From: Octopus sinensis
Lineage: Eukaryota
DNA length: 64,000 nucleotides
Assembly (NCBI RefSeq): GCF_006345805.1
Contig: NC_043011.1
Location: 49,116,464 to 49,180,463, forward strand
Direction: 5' to 3'
Part shown: piece by piece, positions 50,261 to 63,899 of the stretch
Numbering within the stretch: position 1 is the stretch's first letter
How the letters are laid out: each line of letters opens with the position of its first letter
The notes under the pieces: model-generated
The model's input: the letters and a program-made list of their open reading frames with translations, nothing else
What the model was told of the DNA's origin: nothing
Database searches by the model: none
Translations under genes and position numbers: made by a program

Positions 50261-51099
50261 GCACAACAGCTTCCACAAGGACATGTGTTACATCAAAAAT
50301 TCTTGGTTGGGGATGCAAATCCTCTCATTCGCGTACGACATAATGCGGCAACAGCATAGAATTGAAGCGTCCATCTCTTTCTTCTCTCAATGTAGAATGA
50401 GGAAATTTGGATGTTGAAGTAATGTAAATAAATTAATTAATAAATAAATATATATATATAAAATAAGCTCATTGGGTAATCACAGCACCGGTGTCTGCTC
50501 AGGCAGTGGTTTTCAATATAATGTTAACTGGGAGATGAGTTACTGCTTTCGCTAGTGGTTGAGTGTCCATCACTGAGGAGATTAAGGAAGGTCAAAATTA
50601 CATGATCTGGTGGCTCCAGTGAAGGAGTTGATAGAGAGTTATCTTCTCCCCAACTAGCAATATAAACGAATGTGCATTTTGCACCAAAAGCCTGTATGGG
50701 TGTTCTTCTCATGGCATCTATTGCAGTAAAGTTTGTTCTAAAAGAACATCCATTGTAAAGTGGGAATATACATACATATATATTTATATATATATATATG
50801 TATACACACATGCAATCATACATAAACATGTATGTATATATTTTGTATGTATGTGGACGTTATGCAAATTCTGTAGCCCCAATTTATAATTGTATGCACT
50901 TTGTTCATTGCATATATCTGCAAATATCTGCATAAGAGATATTTTCATTTGTGATTCATGACTATAATTTTAATTTGTATGAAGTACTTGCAAAAAATTC
51001 TTCAGTTACATACTTTCATTTATATTTGGAAGTAATTATCCATGTATTTTTATGAGTGTCATCTTCATTATTGAAATAATTATTTTTTGATATGGGAAA

Positions 51100-51274
51100 A
51101 TAATTATCTATCTATCTATCTATCTATCTATATGTATGTGTGTGTATATATATATAAATACATATATATATATTACATATATACATATATATACATATAT
51201 ATAAATACATACACATATATATATACACGCACATATATATACATACATATATATACATATATATATATACGTAC

Positions 51275-51311
<37 letters not shown>

Positions 51312-51450
51312 CATGTATATACATATATATATATACATATATATATGTATATACATATATACATATATATATATATAAATATATATGTGTATATATACAT
51401 ATATAAATACATATATATACATAGATAAATACATACATATACATAGATAA

Positions 51451-51512
<62 letters not shown>
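51100..51512. repeat. (AT)/(ATAC) microsatellite
   Basis: Direct inspection. Confidence 0.9.
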
Positions 51513-51516
<4 letters not shown>

Positions 51517-51689
51517 TTTCGGCAATGTTATCATCATTATTGAAATAATTATCATGAGATATAATCAAAGAAGCTTGAGTGACTCAATGTGAAATCCTGT
51601 TAATGTGGAAGCATAGTAACTGTCTTAATGACATTTCTTAAGCTTCTTAAAAACATCTCTGCTATGAATTCTACACCTCAAAATATCAA

Positions 51690-51900
51690 CAGATAAACCA
51701 GACCTTGCCAGTGTTGGCATCGTGTGGAAATCACCCAATCCACTCTGTAAAGTGGTTGGCATTCGGAAAAAGCATCCAGCCATTAAAGCTGTGCCAAAGC
51801 AGGCAGTGGAGCCTGTGTGCAGTCCTTTGGTTTCCTGGCTTCTGTCAAAACATCCAACCCATGCTAGCATAGAAGACAGATATTAGATGATGATGTAGAC
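51690..51900 (+). mobile_element. Diverged RTE 3'UTR end running into (GAT/GAC)n
   Basis: AGCATCCAGCC..CCAACCCATGCTAGCAT. Confidence 0.7.
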
Positions 51901-52426
51901 GACAATGACACCAATGATGACAATGATGATGATAGTGATGATGATGACGACGATGACGGCACTTATGACGACAACAATAATGGCAATGACATTGAGGATG
52001 ACAATGACAGCGATGAAAAACAACGATGATGACAACAATGATGATGATGATTATGATGATGATGATGGTGGTGATGATGATGGTGGTGATGATGAACAAA
52101 ATTTTGTGGTTTCGTTCTTTCACATTTGAAACCATCTTGAAGACACATCTCAGGAATTAGCCTCTTGCTTTTGATTTATGGACAGGAAAGGATTCTTACA
52201 CCTTTTTTTTTTCTTCTAGGAACATGATGAGGTTCAAAAGCTGCTTACATACTTTCAGAAAGGCTCATTATCAGTTCTTGCTACATGAGTATATGTAGAG
52301 TGTTTGTTTTTGTCCACAGAGACACAGACTGACTGATTGATTGATTGAGTGATTGATTGATTGAGTGATTGACTGACTGACTGACTGCTTAATTGATTGC
52401 TCAAGTCCACACATGCACGGATACAT

Positions 52427-52493
<67 letters not shown>

Positions 52494-53382
52494 CAAACAC
52501 ACACATACACACATATTTTGGCTCTAAATTTTGGTATAAAACATTTAACTTGTATTCCAGAAAATATGGCAATAACCCAGCAAGGAGAAACCACATCTCT
52601 TCAGGTAATTAGCATGGAATTCTGTGATTGTTGAGGTCTGTAGACATGACACATGAAGCAAGACAGATGTATTAGATTACACTATCCACTGTTTTATTAT
52701 ATTCTTTTTTTTTTGTATTTTCTTTTAAGCATTTTGGGTATACTTTGAGCGAGTCATATTTGGTTTTTATACCTCTAGCGATTCAAACAACTGCATAGTG
52801 ACTCAATTATTGACCAAAATACTGACCCAGTCAGCTTTTCTTTAAAAGCATTGCTATGTCTAGCAGCTGAGCATCCATCACTGAAGAGGACAAAATGAGG
52901 TTGAAACCACATGATCAGGTGGTCTCCAAGCTAGAATAGTAGGGAGTTTTCTATCCACTTGCAATATATATCAAGTGCAAATCATACTGAATAACCAACT
53001 AGAGGAGGCATTCTCCTGAGATTGAAATAAAAGCTTTGCCTATCTCTATAGAATATCCATTTTTCGGTGACAATAAACATTACTTCTCTGTATAAATAAA
53101 TACTGCTTTCATCTCTAATAGAGATTTTCTTAGCGAGCTAGTTCGCTAGTTGGAAAAAAAAAAATATTTACTACATTCTCTAGAGAGACGAATATACATA
53201 CCTTTATTTGGAATATTTCAAACTAATAGACTAATGCATAGCAGCTTGCTAGGCCTGTTGGATAATATATTTGGTAGAAACAACTGATTGTAACTCACCT
53301 GTGAAATAGAAAAAAATACAATAGATTAGTGAAAAGACTCAAAGTATTCATAAACTGTAAAATGGGGAAAGAAACTGCTGTC

Positions 53383-53767
53383 ACTCTCTCTTTTGCTTGT
53401 TTCAGTCATTTGACTGCACCCATGCTGGAGCACTGCCTTTAGTCGAGCAAATCGGCCCCAGGATTTATTTTTGGTAAGCCTAGTACTTATTCTATCGGTC
53501 TCTTTTGCCGAACTGCTAAGTGACGGAGACGTAAACACACCAACATCGGTTGTCAAGCGATGCTGGGGGGACAAACAGACACATACATATATATACATAT
53601 ATACGACGGGCTTCTTTCAGTTTCCATCTACCAAATCCACTCACAAGGCTTTGGTTGGCCCGAGGCTATAGTAGAAGACACTTGCCCAAGGTACCCCGCA
53701 GTGGGGCTGAACCCAGAACCATGTGGTTAGTAAGCAAGCTACTTACCACACAGCCACTCCTGTGCCT
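53383..53767 (-). mobile_element. SINE family A, full length
   Basis: Homology. Confidence 0.9.
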
Positions 53768-54199
53768 ACATTCAAATTTATTATAATCCTTTACCTGTTT
53801 TACTCATTAGATTGAGACCATGCTGGGGCACTGTCTTGACGGGTTTTAGCTGAGCAAATTGACCCCAATATTGGACTTAATGTTTTTGTCAGCCTGGTAT
53901 TTATGTTGTCAGTTTCTCTTACTAGGCCATTAAATTACAGAGATATAAATAAAACAGCATGGACCAATTTGTGAGTGGGGTATAAACATACCAACATTTT
54001 CAGCTTCCGTCTACCAAATCCTTTCACAAAGAAGACACACACATGTATACACATACACACATCATCATCATCATCATCCTTTAACGTCCGCTTCCCACGC
54101 TAGCATGGGTTGGACGATTTGTTCCCATATACATATGTTTTGTTGTTTGTTTTTGTTTTTCCAGTTCTCAGCTCTTGAGCTGTGGCCATGCTGGGGCAC

Positions 54200-54368
54200 C
54201 GCCATTGTGGTGAAAGAGTACAGCAGGGATCACCACCCCCTGCCGGAGCCTCGTAGAGCTTTTAGGTGTTTTCGCTCAATAAACACACACAACGCCCGGT
54301 CTGAGAATCGAAACCGCGATCCTGCGACCGCGAGTCCGCTGCCCTAACCACTAGGCCATTGCGCCTCT
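54200..54368 (-). mobile_element. SINE head C
   Basis: Minus AGAGGCGCAATGGCCTAGTGGTTAGGGCAGCGGACTCGCGGTCGCAGGATCGCGGTTTCGATTCTC. Confidence 0.8.
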
Positions 54369-54379
54369 ACATATATATA

Positions 54380-54421
<42 letters not shown>

Positions 54422-54511
54422 TCACATATAAAAGAAGACACTTTCCCAAGGTGTCATGCAGTGGGACTGAACCCAGAGCCAAGTGGTTGGGAAGTAAGCT
54501 TCTTGTCACAC

Positions 54512-54992
54512 AGAATGTGTACTGTGACCAACTGGACAAATTAAAAGCAGCACTTCACCAGAAGCATCCAGCACTTGCTAATCATAAGAGTATTGTCTTT
54601 CATCATGACGATGCCAAAGGATAATCTTCTTAGCAGACATTACAGAAGTTACTAGAATTCGGCTGGGAAGTTTTGTTGCAAGTTTACCCCACCTAGTGCC
54701 TTCAGATATCCACCTGTATCAGTATCTTCAAGGTTCACTGGAGGAATAGACCTCCAAATCTGAAGAGATTGTAGATATTCGGTTGGAAGAGTTTTTTTGC
54801 TGCTAATGACAGGAAATTCTTTGAACCAGGAATAATGGATCTGCTCACAAAAATGGCAGAAGATACTGGAATGAAACAGTAATGGTATCATTGATTGAAT
54901 ATAAGTTGTGTTTAGAGCTTGCATTTTATCTTTTGCTCTGAAATCAAATGGACATTTTGCCTAAATTCAATGGACTTTTGTCCAACTCAACA
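54512..54992 (+). mobile_element. mariner transposase 3' remnant
   Basis: YCDQLDKLKAALHQKHPALANHKSIVFHHDDAK..LQKLLEFGWEVL. Confidence 0.85.
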
Positions 54993-55889
54993 TGTGTGTG
55001 TGTGTGGATAGCTCTGTGGTAAGAAGATCACTTCCCAACCACATGGTTTCAGGTTCAGTCCTCCTGCCTGGCACCTTCGGCAAGTATCTCACCTATAGCT
55101 TCGAACTGACCAAAGCCTTGTGAGTGGATTTTGTAAATGTAAACTGAAAGAAGCCTGCCTATATGTATGCGTATGTTTGCATGTATGTGTGTGTGTGTAT
55201 ATACATATATACACACACACATATACACACACATACACACACACACTCACATATATAGCTACATATATACATATGTATGTGTATGCACATAAATATGCAC
55301 AGGCAGAGACAGACAGACAGACAGATAGACAGGCAAACAGAACATTGCTCATAAAATACTGGAAATTTTAATTACTTTCTTTCAATAAATTTTTCATATT
55401 AATTAAACGAATGGTAATCATTTTAAATTAACTGTGAGAACTTGACTGGAAAGTAATTTCATTCACTTTAGAAATTCAGGTGTTTAAATTTCTGCTGTTT
55501 ACTGGTATTTAACAAGAAGTTATTGCAACATAGACCAAACATAACGTTTGCTTGTAGGCTTTAAATAAATGATGGGAAATTTTAGCCAACTTATTGATGA
55601 ACAACACTAAACATTAATTAGATGGGGGGTTTTTTTTTTCCTCTATCAAATTGGAAAACAAAGTTACATGGAAATTAAGAGGAAATAGAAAATTTGATCA
55701 CAAAAAACACAAAATTATAATTATTCAAATACCAAACAGAAAGTTCTAGATCTGCAACTGCCATTAGATATTTTTTCAGTTTTTCTAGTGGAAAAGAAAA
55801 AAAAATAACGAAAAGAAATACAAAAAAAATACAAAAAAGAGACCCACATCTTTTTTGTACTTTTTGTACTAGAAAGCTGGCAGAATATT

Positions 55890-56340
55890 TTGAAGGTGGG
55901 AAACTGGCAGAATAGTTATGGCACCGGGAAAAATGCTGAGTGGAATTTTGTCCGTCATTGCATTCTGAGTTCAAATTTCTCCAAGTTTGACATGACCTTT
56001 CATCCTTTCAGGGTCGATAAAATAAGCACCAGCTAAACCCTTGGGCTGATACAATCGATTACTCCAACTCCCAAAATCGCTGGTCTTGTGCTAAAATTTG
56101 AAGCCAATAATCTTCTAAGGTGACAAGCTTGCAGAATTGTTAATCATTATCACACCTGAAAAAATGGTTCGTGGTATTTCATGACTTCATGTTCTGAGTT
56201 TAAATTCCACTCGGGTCAACTTTGCCTTTCCTCCTTTCAGGGTCAATATAATAAGTAGCAGTTGAACACTGAGAGTTAATGTAATCAACTTATCCCCTCC
56301 CCAGAAATTACTGGCATTGTGCCAAAATTTGAGACCAATA
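55890..56340 (+). mobile_element. Two tandem SINE family B copies
   Basis: Heads at ~55890 and ~56117, each with CCTTTC.TCCTTTCAGGGTC. Confidence 0.75.
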
Positions 56341-56476
56341 TTACACCACATGGTATATTGGGATATCAAATGGAACTGTGTTAAATAACGTGAAGACATT
56401 TATGTAATAGTAATCAAAAGTTGAGGTACAGCAATTTAACTAACTGTGACATGATAAATATACGCACCATTTTCTA

Positions 56477-57012
56477 CATCATCATTTAACGTCCACATTC
56501 TATGCTAGCATGGGTTGGACGATTTGACTGAGGACTGGCAAACCAGATGGCTGCACCAGGCTCCAATCTGATCTGACAAAGTTTCTACAGCTGGATGCCC
56601 TTCCTAATGCCAAACACTCTGAGAGAGTAGTGAGTGCTTTTACATACCACCAGCATAAGGGCCAGTCAGGCAGTACTGGCAACGGCCAATCTCAAATGGT
56701 GTTTTTTTACATGCGACCTGCACAGGAGCCAGTCCAGCGGCACTGCCAACGACCTCACTCGGATGTTTTTTCACATGCCACCGGCACAAGTGCTAGTAAG
56801 GCGATGCTGGTAACGATCACGCTTGAATGGTGCTTTTTATGTGCCACCGGCATGGAAGCCAGTTAGCTGCTCTAACAACAAACATGCTCGGATGGTGCTC
56901 TTAGCGCTCCACTAGCACAGATGCCAGTCATCAAATTTGATTTCGATTTCACTTGCCTCAACAGGTCTTTGCAAGCAGAGTTTAGTGTCCAATGAAGGTT
57001 TAGTGTCCAATG
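56477..57012 (-). mobile_element. RTE LINE 3'UTR end with ~65-bp unit array
   Basis: Units start near 56638, 56704, 56768, 56834, 56900. Confidence 0.85.
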
Positions 57013-57575
57013 AAGGGTTTAACAGATAAATTTTCTTTAAATCAATTTTAAGTTTGTTTCGAAAGAATATTGACTTAAAACAAGAACATCATCATCATCC
57101 TTGTCTCCTCCTAGTTTACATGCACTTCTCCCTGCTTGCTTGGATAATGGTGAATTTGTTGAGGCATATTTTCTGCAAGAGGATACCCTCCCATTTTCCC
57201 AACCTTCCCCCATTTTCAAGCAGAGCACAATATTTCCCAATGGGCTGACATATTTTTATGACAGACTGGAGACAAACGATGTTGTTTATATACAGTCATT
57301 ACATGATGTTAAGACAATGGTATACACATACACACATGCATTAGTACGTGTGTGCATGTGTGTGTGTGTGTGAGTATATATATATATCTTTATTCTTCTT
57401 AAGCAAGAATGTTTTTGACAGAAGTTCAACGATGGCTTATCTGCCTAAAACATTGAAGTTACTGTCAACAGCATTCTTGTATAAGAATAATAAATTTCTA
57501 CTCTACAAAGTATAGAGTAACCCATAAGGTTAATGTAAAACTGTTTTTCTTGTCACTGAACATAAAAACGAACAT

Positions 57576-57654
<79 letters not shown>

Positions 57655-57809
57655 TATATATATATATGTATGTATGTTGTATGTATGTATTATGTATGTA
57701 TGTATGTATGTATATATATATGTATATATGCATATATATATATATATATATAGATATATATATATATATATATATGTGTATGTATGTATGTTGTATGTAT
57801 GTATGTATG

Positions 57810-58014
57810 TTTTGACCTCGTGTGTACCGTTGGCGATTTTTTTTCCTCTGTCTTCCCTTCTCGGGATCTTTCCTTCTCCTACGTTTCCAACGAAGAGCTC
57901 CGCTCGAAATGTTAAACCCTCCTTCTTTCCTTCTTTCCTGAGCGTCCAATAATACTATATTTGTTCCACGTCCTCGCATTGTTGTGTTACTTTTGTGCTT
58001 TCTTGTTTGGATTA

Positions 58015-58020
<6 letters not shown>
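57810..58020 (+). mobile_element. Short HHR-bearing element (H6) in (AT)n; motif 57883-57917
   Basis: gttt-CCAACGA-a-GAGC tcc GCTC-GAAA-TG-TT-aaac. Confidence 0.65.
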
Positions 58021-58061
<41 letters not shown>

Positions 58062-58115
58062 AATGTATATATGTATATATATATATATGTATGTATATAT
58101 GTATATATGTATGTA

Positions 58116-58162
<47 letters not shown>

Positions 58163-58479
58163 TATATGTGTGTATGTATATATATATATATAAATATATG
58201 TATGTATATATATATAATATATGTATATATACATATATATATATATACATACATATATATATATACACACACACATATATATATATACATACATACATAT
58301 ATATATATATTACATACATATATACATACATATATATATATTATATACATATATATATATATATAACATACATATATATATATTACATACAAATACATAT
58401 ATACATACATACATGCATACATACATACATATATACATACATACATACACATATATATACCTGTATACATATATAAGTA

Positions 58480-58557
58480 CAGTGCCTTCTACTTATAGCC
58501 TCAGGCCGACCAAAGCCTTGTGAGTGAATTTGGAAGACAGAAACTGAAAAAAGCCTG

Positions 58558-58652
<95 letters not shown>

Positions 58653-58868
58653 TGTGCGTTTGTGTGTATGTTTGTCCTCCCACCATCGCTTGACAACCAA
58701 TATTGGTGTGCTTGTGTCCTTGTAACATAGTGGTTCAACAAAAAAGACCGACAGAATAAGTACTAGGCATACAAAGAATGTGTCTTGGGGTCAAATTCTT
58801 TGACTAAAACCCTTTAAGGTCATGCTCCAGCATGGCCACTGTCGAATGACAGAAACATATAAAAGAAT
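58480..58868 (+). mobile_element. SINE family A, headless, with long internal (GT)n
   Basis: Homology. Confidence 0.85.
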
Positions 58869-59334
58869 ATATATATATATATATATAAATTTGTGTTGGG
58901 GTGGGGTACTTCATTTTCATATTTGGTTTGCAAGCTTCTTTGTGTGAATTCATGTGTTGAAGCATATTCTATTGTATCTGGGGAGGATCATTCTCTTTTA
59001 CTGCCTTATTAATTTAACATACACACCAGTCTGATTTCTACTCATTTACTTATTTTTCTTTACTAAAATTTTCCTTGCATCTTACAACCTTCGAACTGCA
59101 TTTTTTATTTTTGTGTACATGCATGCGCATACACATATGTGTGTGTGTCTGTATGCATATATATATATATATATGCATTTGTGCAAGTTTGTATGTATTT
59201 ATGTACTTTGCACATTTGTATGTAGGTATGTATGTATTCTGCATATCTATGTGCTTGTATGTTCATGTTTGTGTGTTTGTGTGTGTGTGTGTATGGGTTT
59301 GTATGACTATATAAACTGTGGGTATTAAGGTACA

Positions 59335-59540
59335 ACATCTATGTGTATTTCCTCTTTAGTTCTGGGGATGTTTCATTAACGAGGATGTACTCTTGTACTT
59401 GTCTGAGTGTTGGGTCCTTTGGATAAAATGCGGATGTCAAGTTGACCCAGTGTGCCTCCATGTTGGTAGAGTATGGAAGATTGTTTTTTGTTGTCATATT
59501 GTCTCAAATGGTCATTTAGTCTCTCTATAATGCTTCTTAA
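59335..59540 (-). pseudogene. PLE-type GIY-YIG endonuclease C-terminal fragment
   Basis: RSIIERLNDHLRQYDNKKQSSILYQH..IRILS / DPTLRQVQEYILVNETSPEL; one frameshift. Confidence 0.6.
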
Positions 59541-59556
59541 TCCCCAGTACTATATA

Positions 59557-59602
<46 letters not shown>

Positions 59603-59604
<2 letters not shown>

Positions 59605-59766
59605 GGCGTAGGAGTGGCTGTGTGGTAAGTAGCTTGCTTACTAACCACATAGTTCCAGATTCAGTCCCACTGCATGGCACTTTAGGTAAGTGTCTTCTAC
59701 TATAGCCTCAGGCCAACTAAAGCCTTGTCAGTGGATTTGGTAGACGGAAACTGAAAGAAGCATGTC

Positions 59767-59800
<34 letters not shown>

Positions 59801-60010
59801 ACATGTTTGTATGTCTGTTTCTGTTCCCCACCCCAACATCGCTCGACAACCAATGCCGGTGTGCTTATGTCCCTGTAACTTAGCAATTCAGCAAAAGCAA
59901 CTGATAGAGTAAATACTAGGCTTACAAAGAATAAGTCCTGGGGGTGATTTATTCGACTAAAAGCAGTGCTCCAGCATGACCACAGTGAAATGACTGGAAC
60001 AAATAAAAGA
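59603..60010 (+). mobile_element. SINE family A, full length
   Basis: Homology. Confidence 0.9.
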
Positions 60011-60484
60011 ATACATTTACACACATATATATGCTTACCTTGAATATTAAGACCCTATCTCAGAAAATACATTATTCCTGTCACTCCATACACATTCACA
60101 CCTCTATCACCAATGCTTTTCACTCTGTAAGGTAACTGCTGAGTGAGTAAAGTTTAGCTTTCCTCTCTTGTACTGGTGTTCTGAAAAAGCACTTGAAGAC
60201 CACTCCATATAGTGTTCTGTTGTGAGGGTTGTTAAGTCTTGTTAACTATTTATGATATCTCTATAGTGCTAGTGATATGAGAAAGCGGGCAATGTATTAT
60301 GTGACAGTAGGTGGTGTTAGAAAAGACATCAAGGAGCCGAGCCATAGACAGAAACCTGCAAAGAAATCATGAGAGGGACAAGATGATTTTGATTCATCTA
60401 GGTAAGCAGCGCCACTTGAATGCGTAGACATTCTGACTGTGGTACCATCCAACCTATGGCTTCATGGAAAGTAGAACGGAAGAC

Positions 60485-60762
60485 AGCATGATGACGACGA
60501 CGATGATCATAGTGATGATGATGACGATGATGAAGATGATGGTGATAATGATGACAACAATGGCAATAATTATGATGGTGACAATGACATTGATGATGAT
60601 GGTGATGATTGTGATGACAATACAGTGACTGCGGCATTGATGATGATGATCATAATGATAATGGTGGTGTTGGTGATGGGGTGATGTTAGTGATGGTGAT
60701 GCTGGTGGTGGTGGTGATGGTGAGGTTGATGAGAACGACAACGACGATGGGGGGGACGATGA
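60485..60762. repeat. (GAT/GGT/GAC) degenerate trinucleotide repeat
   Basis: Direct inspection; follows a degenerate RTE tail. Confidence 0.85.
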
Positions 60763-61189
60763 CATTATTACAGTTATATAAAAAGACAGTCAGTCAGGTT
60801 TCAAATAGTTTCAAACCTAATCAAAATATTTTTGAGCACCTATCATCAAACTTGGCTAAATCATAAAGATTTTCTTAGAGACAGACCAAATTTCTTTCAG
60901 CAGCAAATGAAGAATTCCTGATACTGTGATCGTTCTGAGATAAAACAAATTATTCCCTTTATAATTTTTCTTACATGAAGTATGACTTTGAAACTATTAG
61001 AAATAGCAGTAATTGCCTTCTTGAATTATGAAAAGGAAAAACAAAATATAAGTTGACTCTGTATTCATTATATTGAGTTTGTCACACTTTGACACATGAA
61101 ATTTCTTTGATCACTACATATATATATTATATATATATATGTATAGAAATTAAAAATAAAATATAAATTACAAAGTGGGACATGAATGC

Positions 61190-61224
<35 letters not shown>

Positions 61225-61687
61225 ATATAGGAAAGCATATTTGTATATAAATATATATAGATAGATATAGATAGAGAGAGAGAGGTAGTTAATTTTATAG
61301 ATATATATGTATGTATAAATACGTGTACACGCATGCATATAATATATATGAACACTTATATAATCAGATGTATCTATCTTGCATATTCTCTGTGCGTGTG
61401 TGTGTGGTTGAACACATCTTCCCATATAAAGCCAAAAACATTTCCTATTAAAGCCGAATGTATAGAAAATATTTCCATATGAAACAGCCATTTTAGTAAA
61501 GCATCTCTTCAATCACATCTTTTACAACAAAAAATGATGCTTTATAACACTTTGTCACTTTGTTAATAAATAAATAAATAAATTTTTAAAAAATATATAT
61601 ATAAACATAGATATGTAGATATATGTATATACATATATATATATATACATAGATATGTAGATATATGTATGTATGTGCATATATATA

Positions 61688-61816
<129 letters not shown>

Positions 61817-62125
61817 GATATGTAGATATATGTATGTATGTGTATGTATGTATATATATATATATATATATATATGAATGAATGTAGAGCTTAAGTGAAT
61901 TAATACTTGAAAATGAAAAAGATATGCTGAATATGCTATTTCATACACACACATGTATATATATATACATGCCCATATTAACATGTTAGTAGTTTGTGAA
62001 TATCTACTAATGTAGAGAATATACAGATCTGTCTATTTTGATGTGTACACCATGGTTTTTTATTTTCAAGTGTCATGTCATTTACACCTATTTAATAAAT
62101 ATTATTATTATTATTATTATTATTA

Positions 62126-62156
<31 letters not shown>

Positions 62157-62298
62157 ATTATTATTATTGTTGTTGTTGTTGTTTTTATTATTATTATTAT
62201 TCTCTGTTACTGAGCACCTGTTGAAGCTTCATGCAGAGGTGCTTTCATTATATACCATTCATTCATTTCTTTAATTACCATGCATACACACACATATA

Positions 62299-62545
62299 TG
62301 GAGGCACATGGCTTAGTGGTTAGGGTTTCAGCATCATGATCGTGAGATTGTGGTTTCGATTCCTGGACCAGGCGATGCGTTGTTTTCTTGAGCAAAACAC
62401 TTCATTACACGTTGCTCCAGTCCACTCAGCTGACAAAAATGAGTAACGCTGTGATAGACTGGTGTCCCATCCAGCTGAGGAACACATACACCATAGAAAT
62501 CGGGAAACTGGGCCCATGAACCTGACTAGGCTTTAAAAGGGTGCA
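62299..62545 (+). mobile_element. SINE head D with tail 2
   Basis: GGAGGCACATGGCTTAGTGGTTAGGG head; tail as 34460-34560. Confidence 0.8.
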
Positions 62546-62606
62546 TTTATTCATATCTTATATATATATATAGTCCACAGATGATATATACATGTGTGTG
62601 TGTATG

Positions 62607-62641
<35 letters not shown>

Positions 62642-62875
62642 CCCTGTGTGTGTATATACATTTAATTTAGATTCAGATGAATATGGTACTTAAGTTGAAG
62701 GCACCAGAATTTAGTATGGTATTATCCATATAATTTAAAATAAGGTGATTATAATCAAACTAAGCAACAAGTATATCTAGAGGTAATGCAGTACGATCGT
62801 TTCATATATATATGTATATATATATATATGTGTGTGTGTGTAATCAAAATAAGCAACAAGGATATCCAGAGGTAA

Positions 62876-62962
62876 TGCAGTATGATCGTTTCATGCAACT
62901 CTCTTTAATTGAACAATGCAAACATTACATCAATTTAAAATGTAGAGCAATCTTCAGCTGCA
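62876..62962 (-). ncRNA. Type-I hammerhead motif with long helix II
   Basis: tgcag-CTGAAGA-TTGCTCT..AGAGTTGCAT-GAAA-CGATCA-TA-ctgca; partial tandem copy (62752-62805) has the perfect palindrome CGATCG. Confidence 0.72.
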
Positions 62963-63384
62963 CAAAGACATAGAATTTAATTAAATTCGAATGACTCATT
63001 TGTATAAATTTTTAATCCAAAATCACGAAGAGGATAAGGAGAAAGACAAAGAACATGTTGTAACTCTGTTACAACTGTGATGTTGTTGGTAAAACATGTG
63101 TATATACATTTATGTATGTATGTCTGTATGTATGTAAGTATGTATGTTATGCATGCTGAAGTGCTGAGGACATGAAGTGGTTGAGTTGGTTGGAGCCTGT
63201 AGGAAGGTGGACATATGTGGATATGAAACTAAGTGTTGAAAACTAATCTCAATTAGGTGATCTCCTTGAAGTATATGACATCTACTGTCCTCTATGTACT
63301 TCTTTCCTTCTTATCACCTGATCTATATAAGCCACCCTGTCTCTGATCCAGGGTACTATATCAACTAACCGTGTGTTATTAAAA

Positions 63385-63650
63385 TAATAAAAATAATGAA
63401 ATTATTGTATACAGTGCTCAGGTGCACCACAACTTGTCAAAAGTGCGGATAAAGTATATGCAGTAATGTACAAATGTCTGGAAAGTGAACAGTGTATGAG
63501 TCAGATACATGTTTGCATGAGTATGGAGGGGAGAAAATCAGGTGTAGTGTTGGCGAATCTGAGGAAGCATGGAAGTTTCGAAGGATGCAGTGCTCCGACA
63601 ACTAACAACTGATGCTGGCAGTTTGTTCCATACTTCAGCAACTCTTGAGG
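63385..63650 (-). mobile_element. CR1-clade LINE 3' end
   Basis: RVAEVWNKLPASVVSCRSTASF, then stop and short UTR. Confidence 0.8.
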
Positions 63651-63899
63651 AAATGTATCAAATTTCTGTATATCTAATCCCTCCACCATTAACTGCTCTT
63701 CATCTCTCTACCTCTTCTGAACGACCACTTTATCTCTCTTACTTCACAATGCCTGTGTAATGAGGGATGACACTGAATTTATCCATAGCTGCTTAACCAG
63801 TAACTCTGCATCGATCTTCTTCATTCAAAATGGCTACACTTGCTTTTTCTCTCTACCCTCTGTGTGATCTTTTGTGCATGTGTATTTTTGCTACATGTA

